DNA of 62,996 nt, filler included, from Octopus bimaculoides (GCF_001194135.2; 7 parts of 5 records of this genome joined end to end with filler, not necessarily neighbours in it); one strand, 5' to 3'; counted from the whole stretch's first letter, positions 40,779 to 52,666 are shown. Notes: generated by a model not told the origin, from the sequence alone. Numbers and translations: made by a program.

Positions 40779-41058
40779 ATGTATGTAGTAATAAACACAT
40801 AGAACTTTATAGCATGTATGAAATTATACCTTGTCGTCGTTCAAGGAATTAAACATCAACCACATTACCTGTAATATGGAAAGGTGTAGTAGAGGATAGC
40901 ATGGCATGGCTTAATGTATGTAGCAGTAGATACATAGAACTTTATAACATATGAAATGATCCTTGTCGTCTTTCAAGGAAATAAGCATCAACTACGTTAC
41001 CTGTAGTAATGGAGTGGTTTTAGTAGAGGATAGTATGGCATTGTTTAATGTGGTGTAG
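40779..41058. repeat. Diverged tandem duplication, period ~135 bp
   Basis: ACATAGAACTTTATA...CCTTGTCGTC.TTCAAGGAA...GTAGAGGATAG.ATGGCAT begins at 40797 and again at 40932. Confidence 0.85.
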
Positions 41059-41243
41059 TGTTAAGTGATACGGTGTTGTGCTGTTGTTGCGTAGTTTCAG
41101 GTCAGCCCTAAACAAGCAAGTTTATGATATGGATGTAGTCGGACGAACGACGAGACGCAGCTCATAGATTGACCTGTCTGACAAGTAATATCATTTGTCT
41201 CCCTTTGGAGCATATTACAAGCTCTGACCAGTTACTTGTTTCA

Positions 41244-41299
<56 letters not shown>

Positions 41300-41535
41300 C
41301 ATACACACACACACACAACATACACACACACACACACATATATATATATTAAATAGCGGTTCGGCAAAAGAAACCGATATAATAAATACTAGGCTCAAAA
41401 ATGTCCTGGGTTTGATTCGTTCGACTAAAATCTTTCAAGGTGGTGCTCCAGCATAGCCGTAGTCAAATTACTGAAACAAAGTAAAAATATATAAATGAAC
41501 ATAGAAACACACACACACACACATACATACATACA

Positions 41536-41571
<36 letters not shown>

Positions 41572-41785
41572 TATATATACATATACACACATGTATAATT
41601 ACATATATATATGTGGAGAGAGAAATACAGAGCGAGAGAAAGAGTGTATGTGTGAGTGTGTGGTGCATGCGTGTGTGTATGTGTGNNNNNNNNNNNNNNN
41701 NNNNNNNNNNNNNNNNNNNNNNNNNNNNNTTAATTAATTAANNNNNNNNNNNNNNNNNNNNNNNNNNNNNNNNNNNNNNNNNNNN

Positions 41786-41837
<52 letters not shown>

Positions 41838-41838
<1 letters not shown>

Positions 41839-43533
41839 GACGTCACACAATATACAATATCGTGACTGAAGATATTGTGTCTACCGGGGGTTTGTACTGT
41901 TTGTCAAGTCACAACAAGGACCTCAGACAGACAGTACTTTACGCAATATGCGTGCAGTCCCAAGTAATGCCGACTTTTGCAATACACCTAGATTGTAAGG
42001 TATTTCTAAGGTTTTCAAATGTTTTTTTTTCTTTTCTTTTTGCAGATTGGGTGGTATTGAACTTAATGCTCCGATGACAATAGGAATAACCTTTATGTTT
42101 GACTCTCGTAGCTGTCACATCTTAGCAATTTCAATTCTCCAACTTTTTCTCTTTCTTTCATGATGATATGGTCATCTCCTGGTCCTGCCACGTCGATTAT
42201 TAGGCACTCTTGTTTGTCCCTCCAAAAGATTACTGTATCCGGTCTTCGGTGCTCTGACATTTTATCTGTCTGGAAGTCAAAGTCCCAGAGGATTTTTGCC
42301 TTCCTCTTTTCGTCCATTACCTTTTTCGGTGTATGTTGTTACCAAGCACCCGTAACCTCATATCCATACTTACAGCATAGTAGCCAGTAGAGATTTTGGG
42401 CTACTTTGTCGTATCGACGCTTGTACTCTTTCTGCGCAGGACTTTCACAAGCACTAACAATGTGAGCCACGCTTTCGACCCTCTTCCCACACATTCTGCT
42501 GAGGTCCGTTGCACTTGTGTGGTATATATTCTTTTTCAGTGAGTTGGTATTTAATGTTTGGTCCTGATCAGCGATGATTAGGCTTTCAGTATTCTTTTTT
42601 AGGTCACCCTTGTTGAGCCACCGCCATGATGCTTCCTGGTTTTTTACTTTGTTGGTTTCACGGTGGAACTGACCATATAATTCCATATGGAATAGGGTTT
42701 CTTGTTTCGTTAGCTGTTCTTGATCGGAATTCATGAGCACTCTCAAGTCCATTTTTATTAACTCCTTCTGCATTAGCAGCATACTGTAGCAGGTCTTGTT
42801 TGCTGTTTACCAAATATTCTGCCATGTTTCTTCTTTCACTATTGATGCACTCCCGTACGCTAATCAGCTCACGTCCACCTTTACCTCTCTTCATGTAGAA
42901 CCTGTGTACATTTGCCTTAGGGTGGAGGGCACCATGCATTGTCATTGTCTTTCAGGTAGTGCGATCGAGTTGGTTAACCTCCGCTTGTGTCCATCTCAGG
43001 ATGGGAGCTCTATAGCGGACTACAGCAACAGCCCATATGTTGATGGTAGTCACAAAGTTTGTTGAGTTGAGTTTTGATTTCAAGAGAAGTTTGAGGCACT
43101 TCAAATATGCAGCGATGACCTTGTCTTTCATTTCTCTGTGCAAGATATTGTCCAGCTCCAGGATCCCATCATCATCCGGGTCTTCCATCCTCTCTCCGTT
43201 TGACAGTTCTATGCCCTTACAATTTACTCTTTTCCCCCACTTCAAAGTCAGCACAGCACACTTCGAAATACCGAATTCCATCCCTATATCCTTGCTGCAC
43301 ATTTGCACAGTCTCAACCAACCTCAGTTTTAAATCATCCATGAAGAGAAGGTGGTTGAGACGAGGTTCGTTCTTTCTCAGCTCATAGTGCGTGTTGAATT
43401 TGCGTAGGACTACAGAAAGTGGGATCAAGGCTGTAACAAATAACAGAGGTGAACAAGAGTCTCCTTGGAAGATACCTCTTTTGATTGTTACCACGGCTAA
43501 GTGCTGGTTGTTACAGGAAAGACGTGTTTTCCA
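41838..43533 (-). mobile_element. R4/Dong-like non-LTR retrotransposon, 3' 1.7 kb (RT, zinc knuckle, RLE; frameshifted)
   Basis: RGIFQGDSCSPLLF, HLLFMDDLKL, GMEFGISKC; then RMCGKRVESVAHIVSAC; then KILWDFDFQTD...RRPD...CLIIDVA; stop after ARILRKVLSV; the 3' end joins (AAT)n at 41786-41837. Confidence 0.92.
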
Positions 43534-43535
43534 GG

Positions 43536-43712
43536 CGGCGAGTTGGCAGAATCGTTAGCACACCGGGTGAAATGCTTAGCGGTATTTCGTCCGTCTACAT
43601 GTTCTGGGTTCAAATTCCGCCGAGGTCGACTTTGCCTTTTATCTTTCAAGGTTGATAAAATAAGTATTATTTGAATGCTGCAGTTGATGTAATCGACTTA
43701 CCCCCTCCCTCG
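43536..43712 (+). mobile_element. SINE family B
   Basis: GAGTTGGCAGAATCGTTAGCAC...GGTTCAAATTCCGCCGAGGTCGACTTTGCC. Confidence 0.88.
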
Positions 43713-43894
43713 AAATTGCTGATTACTACTGCTACTACTACTACTACTATACATTTTTCTTCCTTCAATTTTGTTTCCACTTCATGCCGACTGTATTCAT
43801 TGATAAGCCACACGGATAGATATACCAGATTGTTTATTTACAAAGTCAAATAAAACTATTTAAAAAAATATTATTTACATGGGAAGATGTCGTT

Positions 43895-44130
43895 CTCACA
43901 TTGACAATGCTCTTCTCAATACGTGTAACGTTCCAGTTAAAACAATTTTTTGGACTTTTTGCCAGGAAGATAAACCAGGGATCATTCTCAGATAATTTTC
44001 AGTTGCCTTTTTGATCATTCCTAGAGCTTCTACAATCATTGGTATTGTAACCGCCTTGAGGTGCCACATTTTTAATGCACAAATATAGGATCTTTTCTGT
44101 TTGGCCGCCACGTTTCAATTTCTTCAATTT
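43895..44130 (-). pseudogene. RLE C-terminus of another R4/Dong-like copy
   Basis: KMWHLKAVTIPMIVEALGMIKK...QKVQKIVLTGTLHVLRRALSM. Confidence 0.8.
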
Positions 44131-45972
44131 TTGTGCCAATTGATTTCACATTTGGTGTGATAATATAATTTGGTATGGTAATCATTGATATGAAATTCAT
44201 TTTCGCCATAAATCAATAAATAAAGTGTTAATAACTTTTAAAGTTTGCAAATTTGGGGTAATTTTAACCAATCGAAAGTCACAGACACATAGTTGCTTGT
44301 TTCCATAGTAACAAGCTAAGCTGTTACCAAACTGCTTACCCACGTGGTCATTTTCGCTTATTAAATGCTTAAAACACATGAGATGGCCGTGAAATGTGCT
44401 AAAAATAATAACTAAATAGGCTTTAAACCATGCACTAATTTTCATTTTTCTGACTGGAGAAAAACTATCAAAATTTAAACCTCTGTAACTTTTTTTTTTA
44501 ATTTCTGGGAAAAAGCGAATTATCTCCTGAGATTCAGCATGGAAAATCACATCAATACATCAAGTTTTAAATTTTTCACTAGGCTTTAAAATTTCCACAG
44601 GTGCAGCCAAACAGAAAAGATCCTAAATATGCACCATCCCAAGCAGATCCATCCATGACAACCTCCTCCGCCTGCAATATATCATAGACTGAGTGAGTAA
44701 AGAAGGAGGAGAAAGAGGAGGATAATGGTTTGGCAGAATCATTAGAGTGGAGAACAAAGTCCTCTGTGATATATACTTCAGTGGTTCTCTGTGTTCCAAG
44801 TACAACTCCCAGTGAAGCTAACTTTTTCATTTTCATCCTTTGGGGCTTGGTAAAACAAAGTCCTCAGTCAAGGGCGACAGATAGGTAGAATTGTTAAGGA
44901 AAGGAGTCAAGATGGCCTGTCCTCTATGCTACAGTTCATTGTGTTTTAAGTTTCAAGGTCATGGATTAAACCTGTTGCATGGTTTAGCACCATCATTTGG
45001 TTGGTCATCTTAGGTTTCTTTCATAAGGCTTACTCTGTTGCAAGTATTTGGCTCACACCTCTGGTAAGAGGATCACTAAATCCTAACTCTAAACTTTCTC
45101 TCACCAATCAGAGAGACCCTGGAAAGGGAAAGAGTCTCCAGCACTGCCCTGCTTTAGAAAACTATGGAGGATCTCCGTTATCTGACATACATACATACAT
45201 ACATGCATACATGTATGTATGTATACATATATATATATATATATAAATTGTAAATGCAAAAATAAAAACAAAAACACAAAGGATTCTGCGGTACACGTGT
45301 TTCAAGCTTTATAGTTGTTACATCAGTGTATAATTGACAATATAAAGCTATCTTCAGCCGCAAATGTATGTATTCTCTCCCAAGAATTATATCACATAGG
45401 CGTTAAAGGAGGAAGAAAGATGAGATATAAGAGGTGAGGTTCCGTTTGGTATTTTGCATTGTACCATACCTCGTAGAATTCTTAATTTGATATATTTATA
45501 CATAATTTTCTCGGTACTCCGGAATCCGTCCATACCTTGCCACAATTCAGTGTGTAGTGTTAAGTTGGTGGTTAAAAACAATACAATAAAAAAACATAAC
45601 AAAAATGAAATAATAATATAAAATAAAATAGGAATATAAAATACTAAGAAGAAAAAATAATACAGATATTCATACAAAAATAAAACTAATATAAAGTAAA
45701 ACATAAAAGGAGTCAAATCGGTGGGGTGGGTAATCTAAGAAACAATAAGAGAAAATCTGGATAGTCAAGTAAGATACATCTAAGCTATTTAGACGGGTTG
45801 GCGAAGGGTGGTGAGGAAAAATGTAAGTGGACAAACGAAAGAAGGGCACTCAACACATTTATTGGGAGTTACATGTATGAATCAAAACAGTTTGATTCAA
45901 ATTCTGTGGTACTTCAAGTTTCAAAGCATAAGATGTTTATCTTCAGCCATTAGAAATCTCAAATTTCCAATA

Positions 45973-46069
45973 GCTGAGAATACGCATCTTATTCCGGTGG
46001 TCGGAAATAAGGTAAAGGATGACTCATCCGAGAAAATAACATTCTTCCACTGCTCTAGGGACCAGTTCT
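45973..46069 (-). pseudogene. Tc1 transposase DDE-domain fragment
   Basis: NWSLEQWKNVIFSDESSFTLFPTTG is the canonical W..V.FSDES.F motif. Confidence 0.85.
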
Positions 46070-46878
46070 GTAGTTCGGCAAAAGGCACCAATAGAATACG
46101 TACTAGGATTACAAAGAACAAGCCCTGGGGTTGATTTCTTTGACTAAAACCTTTTAATGTGATGCTCCAGTATGGCCGCAGTTAAATGACTGAAACAAAT
46201 GAATACATACGATAGCCTTTCAGCTTCCGTCTACAACATCCACTGACAAGTATTCATTTATTTAATCATTTTCTTAGTCCCATGTGTCAAACTGAAATAA
46301 TTAATTTTACAAATTTGAATGAAATTTAGTTTAGATAACTCTGAATTTGTAAAGTACAGAGTTATGTAACTTGAATAAAATCCCACTTTCTCGGATATAA
46401 AATCATATTTTGTTGAAGATCTCTAAATATTGGATGAGCAATGAAATTTCGTCGGTGGAGCAAGATTTGATTACCTCTGATGGAGTAACTTCAGATTATT
46501 AGCGGAAGAGTCATTCTCCTTGTTATATATCAATTCTCTCAGAAATCATAATTATTTACGACTATGATTTTCTTTGTTTTTCTTTTATCTTTTACTTATT
46601 TCAGTAATTGAAGTGCTGCTATGAAGTAGCACCCCCTAGAAGGGTTTTAGTCGAACGAATCGACCCTAATACTTACTTTATTAAGGCCTTGTACTTATTT
46701 TATTGAACTTTCTTTACCGAACCGCTAGATTACGTAGACGTAGACAAAACAACACAGCTTGTCTGCTTTATTGGTTCTGGCTGTGGCTTAACATCAGTAA
46801 ATGTGGTTTTTGTATAATGTATGTGACAGTGAGAAACAGAAATTATGAAATATGTAAGCTGGAACATTTTCAAGTATT

Positions 46879-47038
46879 TACATTATTTACATTTGACGGA
46901 TATTTGTCCTCGTCTTGTTTGTTGTTAACACAACGTTTCGGCTGATATACCCTCCAGCCTTCATCAGGTGTCTCAGGGAAATTTCGAACCTGGGTTCTCA
47001 TTCCTAAGGTATTTTTCGATGTTGTTGTTGTTGTTGTT
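46879..47038 (-). mobile_element. Inverted copy of the hammerhead-bearing tail
   Basis: Reverse complement of ~47150-47311 with few substitutions. Confidence 0.92.
46927..46972 (-). ncRNA. Minimal type-I hammerhead ribozyme (intact)
   Basis: GACAC CUGAUGA A GGCUG GAGGGUAUAU CAGCC GAA ACGU U GUGUU: stem I GACAC/GUGUU, stem II GGCUG/CAGCC, palindromic stem III ACGU, GUU cleavage triplet. Confidence 0.8.
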
Positions 47039-47053
47039 ATGCCCACAGGTATA

Positions 47054-47108
47054 TGGCGTAGTGCTTAAGAGCGCGGGCTACTAACTCCAAGATTCCGAGT
47101 TTGATTCC
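47054..47108 (+). promoter_or_regulatory. Pol III type-2 internal promoter (A and B boxes) of the composite element
   Basis: TGGCGTAGTGC (47054-47064) approximates TRGCNNAGYGG; GAGTTTGATTCC (47097-47108) approximates GGTTCGANNCC. Confidence 0.65.
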
Positions 47109-47139
47109 AGGCAGTGACCTGAATAATAATAATAATAAT

Positions 47140-47170
<31 letters not shown>

Positions 47171-47217
47171 TCGAAAAATACCTTAGGAATGAGAACCCAG
47201 ATTCGAAATTTCCCCAA

Positions 47218-47263
47218 GACACCTGATGAAGGCTGGAGGGTATATCAGCCGAAATGTTGTGTT
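47218..47263 (+). ncRNA. Minimal type-I hammerhead with a C-to-U change in stem III
   Basis: Same as the 46927 copy but GAAAUGUU instead of GAAACGUU. Confidence 0.7.
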
Positions 47264-47902
47264 AACAACAAACAAGATGGGAACAAACATCCGTCAAATG
47301 TAAATAATGTACGTAATTCCTCATCTATTAAATATAGAACTGTATTTACAAGTATTGTATTGATACATGTTTCATAGTAAAGATTGATTACCAGGTTATG
47401 TAACAAAAACAAAACCATTTTTTTTTTTGTCTTTACCTAGAATGCATGTTGAATCCCTTGAAGAAATTCCAAAAATTGTGACGTACGTGCCATTTCACAA
47501 AATATCTTCTTTTTTTCACCTGAAAATATTAACTGCTAATTCCACTGGATTTCTCCAGAGCAGCATAAAAGGCCACATGACATTTATTTACATTGATCTT
47601 GAAATTTCCAAAAAATGCTATAATGAGTTTGCTGGACCGCAATGTTTCTAGTCACAATTCGCCTCTACATGGTGTGACGTGCGTGACAAAACTGGATGTA
47701 AGGTTTTCAAGACAAATATTTTCTATAGCTTCCAAATAGTGTGGATCTAGGAGATATCTGGGTATAGTAAGACATTAAGTTATTTTCCTTGTATATTTTT
47801 ATTTACTTTTTTTACCACCCTAAACTTGAAGATTACCGATATCTGTTCGAAAATGAGCCGTTTCAACATACCTTTAGAAATAAATAGTGAGTTTTCTGAG
47901 CA

Positions 47903-48220
47903 CAGGCGTGACAATGTGGTAAGAAGTTTGCTTCCAAACCACATGGTTCTGGGTTCAGTCTCACTGTGTGGGACCTTGTGCAAGTGTCTTCTACTATAGC
48001 CCCAGGCCAACCAAAGCCTTGTGGGTGGATTTGGTCGACAGAAACTGAAAGAAGCCCGTCGTGTGTGTGCACGCACGCGCCTTTGTTCCCTACCACCGCT
48101 TGACAACTGGTGTTGAAGTGTTTACGTCCCCATAACTTAGCGGTTCGGCATAAGTGACCAACAGAATAAGTACCAAGCTTACTAAGAAAATAAGTACTGG
48201 AGATAAAAGATACTAAATAT
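47903..48220 (+). mobile_element. SINE family A with tail
   Basis: GTGGTAAGAAGTTTGCTTCC...ACCTTGTGCAAGTGTC...GAAAGAAGCCCGTCG...TAACTTAGCGGTTCGGCA. Confidence 0.88.
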
Positions 48221-48469
48221 TTTTGAAAACCAGTTTTGATTAAACTTTCATGAGACTGGCCCAAAGGCCATTTAGCTCCATATACATAGTTACCTCCCCT
48301 ATACCGAAAAATTTGAAGAAAGACAATTACGTTTATAATTCTGTATCATGAAAATCTGGAATGTGTTCTCTTTTTTTCTTTTTCTGGTCTATTTCCTGTT
48401 TTGTAAACCATATTTTGTTTAAAACTTTCTTTATTGGTTTCAAATTTTGTTACACAGCCAATAAGTTCT

Positions 48470-48635
48470 GGGAAGTGGTTAAGTCGATCCACTGATCAAC
48501 TGGCATTTATTTTATCAACACTAAAACGATGGCAGGCAAAGTCAACCTCGGAGTAATTATAACTCAGAACGTAAAGACAAGATATGTCGCTGAGCATTTT
48601 GCCCGGCGTGCAAACGAGTCTGTCACCTCACCGCC
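48470..48635 (-). mobile_element. SINE family B (diverged)
   Basis: GGCAAAGTCAACCTCGG...AACTCAGAACGTAAAGAC...GCATTTTGCCCGGCGTGC. Confidence 0.8.
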
Positions 48636-48729
48636 TTATTTTCATTCTTTTATTATTACGAGATTGAAAAATATATTTTAAGATAAAAAATTTTTTTATA
48701 TAATCTATTTTTTATTTTTATCTTTTACC

Positions 48730-49095
48730 TTTTACTTGTTTCAGTCATTGGAGTGCAGCCATGCTGGGGCACCACCTTGTCGGGTATTTAGTCGAAGAAT
48801 TCAACTTGGTACTATTTCTAGTCTAGTACTTATTCTATTGGATCTTCTTTGCCCAACTGCTAAGTCACAAGGACACATACAAACAAATACCAATTGTCAA
48901 GCAGTGGTAAGGACACACACACATATATAAACGACAGGTTTCTTTTAGTTTCCATTTGTCAAATCCCCTTATAAGGCTTTGGTCGTCTTGGAATTATAGT
49001 AGAAGACACCTGCCCAAGATGCTATGTAGTGGGACTGAACCGGAAACCATATGATTGGGAACCAAACTTTTAACCATAGAACCATGACAGCACCT
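48730..49095 (-). mobile_element. SINE family A, near full length
   Basis: Tail TTGTTTCAGTCATT...GGGGCACCACC and head GTAGAAGACACCTGCCCAAG...GGGACTGAACC. Confidence 0.8.
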
Positions 49096-50573
49096 ACTTT
49101 TCACTTTTTATTTTTTCAGTTTTAACCCATTCTGGCGAGCGATATTATCTAACAAATAAGGGAGATAAAACTTTCCATTAGAGTGTACCCCAAGACAAAT
49201 GTTACGTGTGAACATATCCAGACATCTTGTGATCCAGTATCTCACTGTTTAAGGGTTAAATGGGCCCTGTATCTCAAGGTTGAACGAGGAACAGTGGAAG
49301 GTTAGCAAATTAAACAACAAATATGCCAGCAGATGGGAACAGGAAACCACTGTTGTATCTCTCTCAAAAAAAAAAAAAAGGATTTTTTTTAATGGCACAG
49401 AGGTCTATGATCACCTAAATCTGTAAAACAAGCATGGCACACGAAGAAAGGGGAGAAATCTCATTGGAAATAGGAAAATCTCACTTAGAATACATCTATC
49501 CTCGTTTATCACTGATCCAGGATAAGATGTCATGGTACTGGTTGTTCTCTGGAATGTTTATGGTTGAGTCTGTGGTAGTGGAGGCCTCCAGCGTTCTCAG
49601 CTCCCAGACCTGGACCTCTCTCACATGTGAGTACTACTCACCGCTATTGGGGCAGAGATAGCTATCCACAAGTGTGAGCCCCGTGAATCAAAAAGGCAGC
49701 TCCAGTGCATCTCCTTCACCATTTTCCAGGGCAACACCTTCTCCATTTTGTCTGCTGGAACCATGAGGCAGTCTGAATTACAGGAAAGTGTATGTTCCAC
49801 ACCTTAATGTAAAATTACCTCATATAAATTGCTCAAGTGTGAATAATGTTACACTCATTGTAGATGGATCTGATTACATGGGTCACTAACCAGTTGAAGA
49901 TTCTGCTTGGATAACAATAAACACGTCCTAACAACCAACACAATGCTCATCTACCCAGAATGCAGTTACGGCCATGATGTGAGGCTGCACATCCAGGTAT
50001 ATGTTCAGTAATGCCTCAATATACGAGTTAATTTGAGACTGCTCATAAAGCAAAAACTTGTAAAGCAGAGCAATAATTTCCCATAGTAACAATGTTCTAA
50101 TTTGTAATTTGTTCACAGAAAAATATTTTACTGGCAAAATTCATAATACTCGTAAATAAATAAACAAGTAGAATGTAAAGAATATTTTAGGTAAAGTAAA
50201 AAGAATGTCAGAATCATTTATAATAAAAATTATTATTATAATCATTTTCTGAATCACTTTCACTCACACTAGACTCGCACACACCATCACTTGTAGACGC
50301 AATTGCTGATTCAGAAGCACACATAGATGGACCGACAGCAAATTTAACAGAGCCAATCAGCTGCTTTCTTCTCCCCAACCAGAACAGCATCCTACTTTCA
50401 TGATACTGACACTGGATAAACATAACTTTGGAGACGAATTCTGATAGAGTTAGAGAGAAAGAAGAAATTGTCCTTTTGTCCAATACTGTAGTATAGTATC
50501 ACTGTACGATAAGTTATTTTTCACTTCTACTCCAATTGACTTGGTTATAAATATTTTTTCTGTGTTATTTCAG

Positions 50574-52666
50574 ATGGCTAAAGGTACCCAACCTGCAAAA
50601 ACGAGGAAGCTGACGGACGAGAACTGCTCTTTCAAGAAGGAATGGGAAGTGTTCTTCTTTGTCGAGCNNNNNNNNNNNNNNNNNNNNNNNNNNNNNNNNN
50701 NNNNNNNNNNNNNNNNNNNNNNNNNNNNNNNNNNNNNNNNNNNNNNNNNNNNNNNNNNNNNNNNNNNNNNNNNNNNNNNNNNNNNNNNNNNNNNNNNNNN
50801 NNNNNNNNNNNNNNNNNNNNNNNNNNNNNNNNNNNNNNNNNNNNNNNNNNNNNNNNNNNNNNNNNNNNNNNNNNNNNNNNNNNNNNNNNNNNNNNNNNNN
50901 NNNNNNNNNNNNNNNNNNNNNNNNNNNNNNNNNNNNNNNNNNNNNNNNNNNNNNNNNNNNNNNNNNNNNNNNNNNNNNNNNNNNNNNNNNNNNNNNNNNN
51001 NNNNNNNNNNNNNNNNNNNNNNNNNNNNNNNNNNNNNNNNNNNNNNNNNNNNNNNNNNNNNNNNNNNNNNNNNNNNNNNNNNNNNNNNNNNNNNNNNNNN
51101 NNNNNNNNNNNNNNNNNNNNNNNNNNNNNNNNNNNNNNNNNNNNNNNNNNNNNNNNNNNNNNNNNNNNNNNNNNNNNNNNNNNNNNNNNNNNNNNNNNNN
51201 NNNNNNNNNNNNNNNNNNNNNNNNNNNNNNNNNNNNNNNNNNNNNNNNNNNNNNNNNNNNNNNNNNNNNNNNNNNNNNNNNNNNNNNNNNNNNNNNNNNC
51301 CCCATCAGCGATACCACCACTGGCGCCGACATGTACAAGGCAATCACAGACTGGCTGAAGGAGGCTAACCTGAACCTCTCTCGCATGTGTTATTTCTTTA
51401 CTACCCACAAGGGGCTACACACAGAGGGGACAAACAAGGACAGACAAACGGATTAAATCGATTATATCGACCCCCAGTGCGTAACTGGTACTTATTTAAT
51501 TGACCCCGAAAGGATGAAAGGCAAAGTCGACCTCGGCGGAATTTGAACTCAGAACGTAGCGGGGAGACGAAATACTGCTGAGCATTTCGCCCGGTGTGCT
51601 AACGTTTCTGCCAGCTTGCATGTGTGGCATCACGACTGACAGAGCACCAACCATGGTCGGAGACAAGGAGGGCTTTGTGGTGCTTCTTGTGAAGTACCTG
51701 CACAGCTTTGGACACCAGCAGGATGTGAAGTGCTTTCACGGTCTGGGGCACCAGGAGGCTCTGTTTGCCAAGTCCGTGACCAGTATGGAGGTCATGATTG
51801 TCATCATCGGGGCTGTGAACTTTGGTTGCACCCATGCTCTCAGCCACAGACAGTTCCACATTCTCTTGGATGACGCTGAGGCAGAGTTCAGCAACATGAT
51901 CTACTTCTGTGAGGTCCGTTGGCTCAGCCGAGGAAAGATGTTGGCGAGATTCTTCAACTTGAGGGATGAGCTGGTGTCTTTCCTGCGAGAGAAGAGTAAT
52001 TCTGTCCCTCAGTTCGAGGATCCCGCATGGGTGTGTGACCTTGGGTTCCTGGTGGATATTACTGGCCATCTAAATGAGGTGAACATCCAGCTGCAAGGTA
52101 AAGACATCTCAGTACCTGACCTCCTCGCCCACGTGAAGGCATTCGAATGCAAACTTTGCCTGTGTGAGCATCAGTTCAACCAGAAGAAATTTACTCACTT
52201 TGTCCACCCCCTGCTGTTGCTAAGCCACTGCCCTATCTGAACTGCAAGGCGAGTTTGAGAGGTGCTTCAAAGATGTGCACACCTGTGAGGAGCTCAAGCT
52301 ATTCTCCGCTCTCTTTGATGTGGTTTCTGTGGAAGAGGCCAACGACCTTCAGCTGGAGCTCATTGAGCTCCAGTGCTCAGAGAGCCACCATGCAAAGTTT
52401 ACGCTTGCATTGCCCATGGAGTTCTGGCGTTTGCTCTCAACCTCCCGTGCTTTCCCAACTCTTGTTCAGGAGGCCTTGCACTTAGCTTCATTGTTCGGGT
52501 CCACATAATCTTGAGAGCAGCTGTTCAGCCACATGAAGCTGATGAAGAACAAGATGAGAGCACAGCTTACAGACGCTCATCTTCAAGACTTTCTCCTCCT
52601 GGCATCCTCGTCCATCAAGCCAGACATTGACTCACTGTTTCAAAGAATCACCAGCCTTCTCATTAA
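50574..52666 (+). pseudogene. hAT (SPIN/Buster/OC1, GTF2IRD2-like) transposase, disrupted
   Basis: MAKG..KTRKLTDENCSFKKEW.FFF; TTTGADMY; SRM|CGITTDRAPTMVG (first catalytic D); HGLGHQEAL (CxxH-like region); EVRWLSRGKML.RF; LQGK; LFGST..EQLFSHMK (dimerisation domain). Interrupted by a gap, a SINE, stops and frameshifts. Confidence 0.92.
51391..51617 (-). mobile_element. Full-length SINE family B inserted in the hAT ORF with an 8-bp TSD
   Basis: GCATGTGT at 51383-51390 and 51618-51625; removing the insert restores NLSRMCGITTD. Confidence 0.95.

Larger units (their letters stand above)
47041..47340 (+). mobile_element. Composite tRNA-head/(AAT)n(AAC)n/hammerhead-tail retroelement, copy 2
   Basis: Colinear with 17755-18085 in head, microsatellite and tail, ending AATATAGAAC. 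Confidence 0.88.

Noticed and set aside
44590-44690. Candidate exons after strong acceptors (also 37206 and 38123)
   Set aside because: Short frames end in stops without plausible donors or recognisable protein.
49434-49790. GC-richer block with short ORFs
   Set aside because: No recognisable domain; probably a TE relic but unclassifiable by eye.
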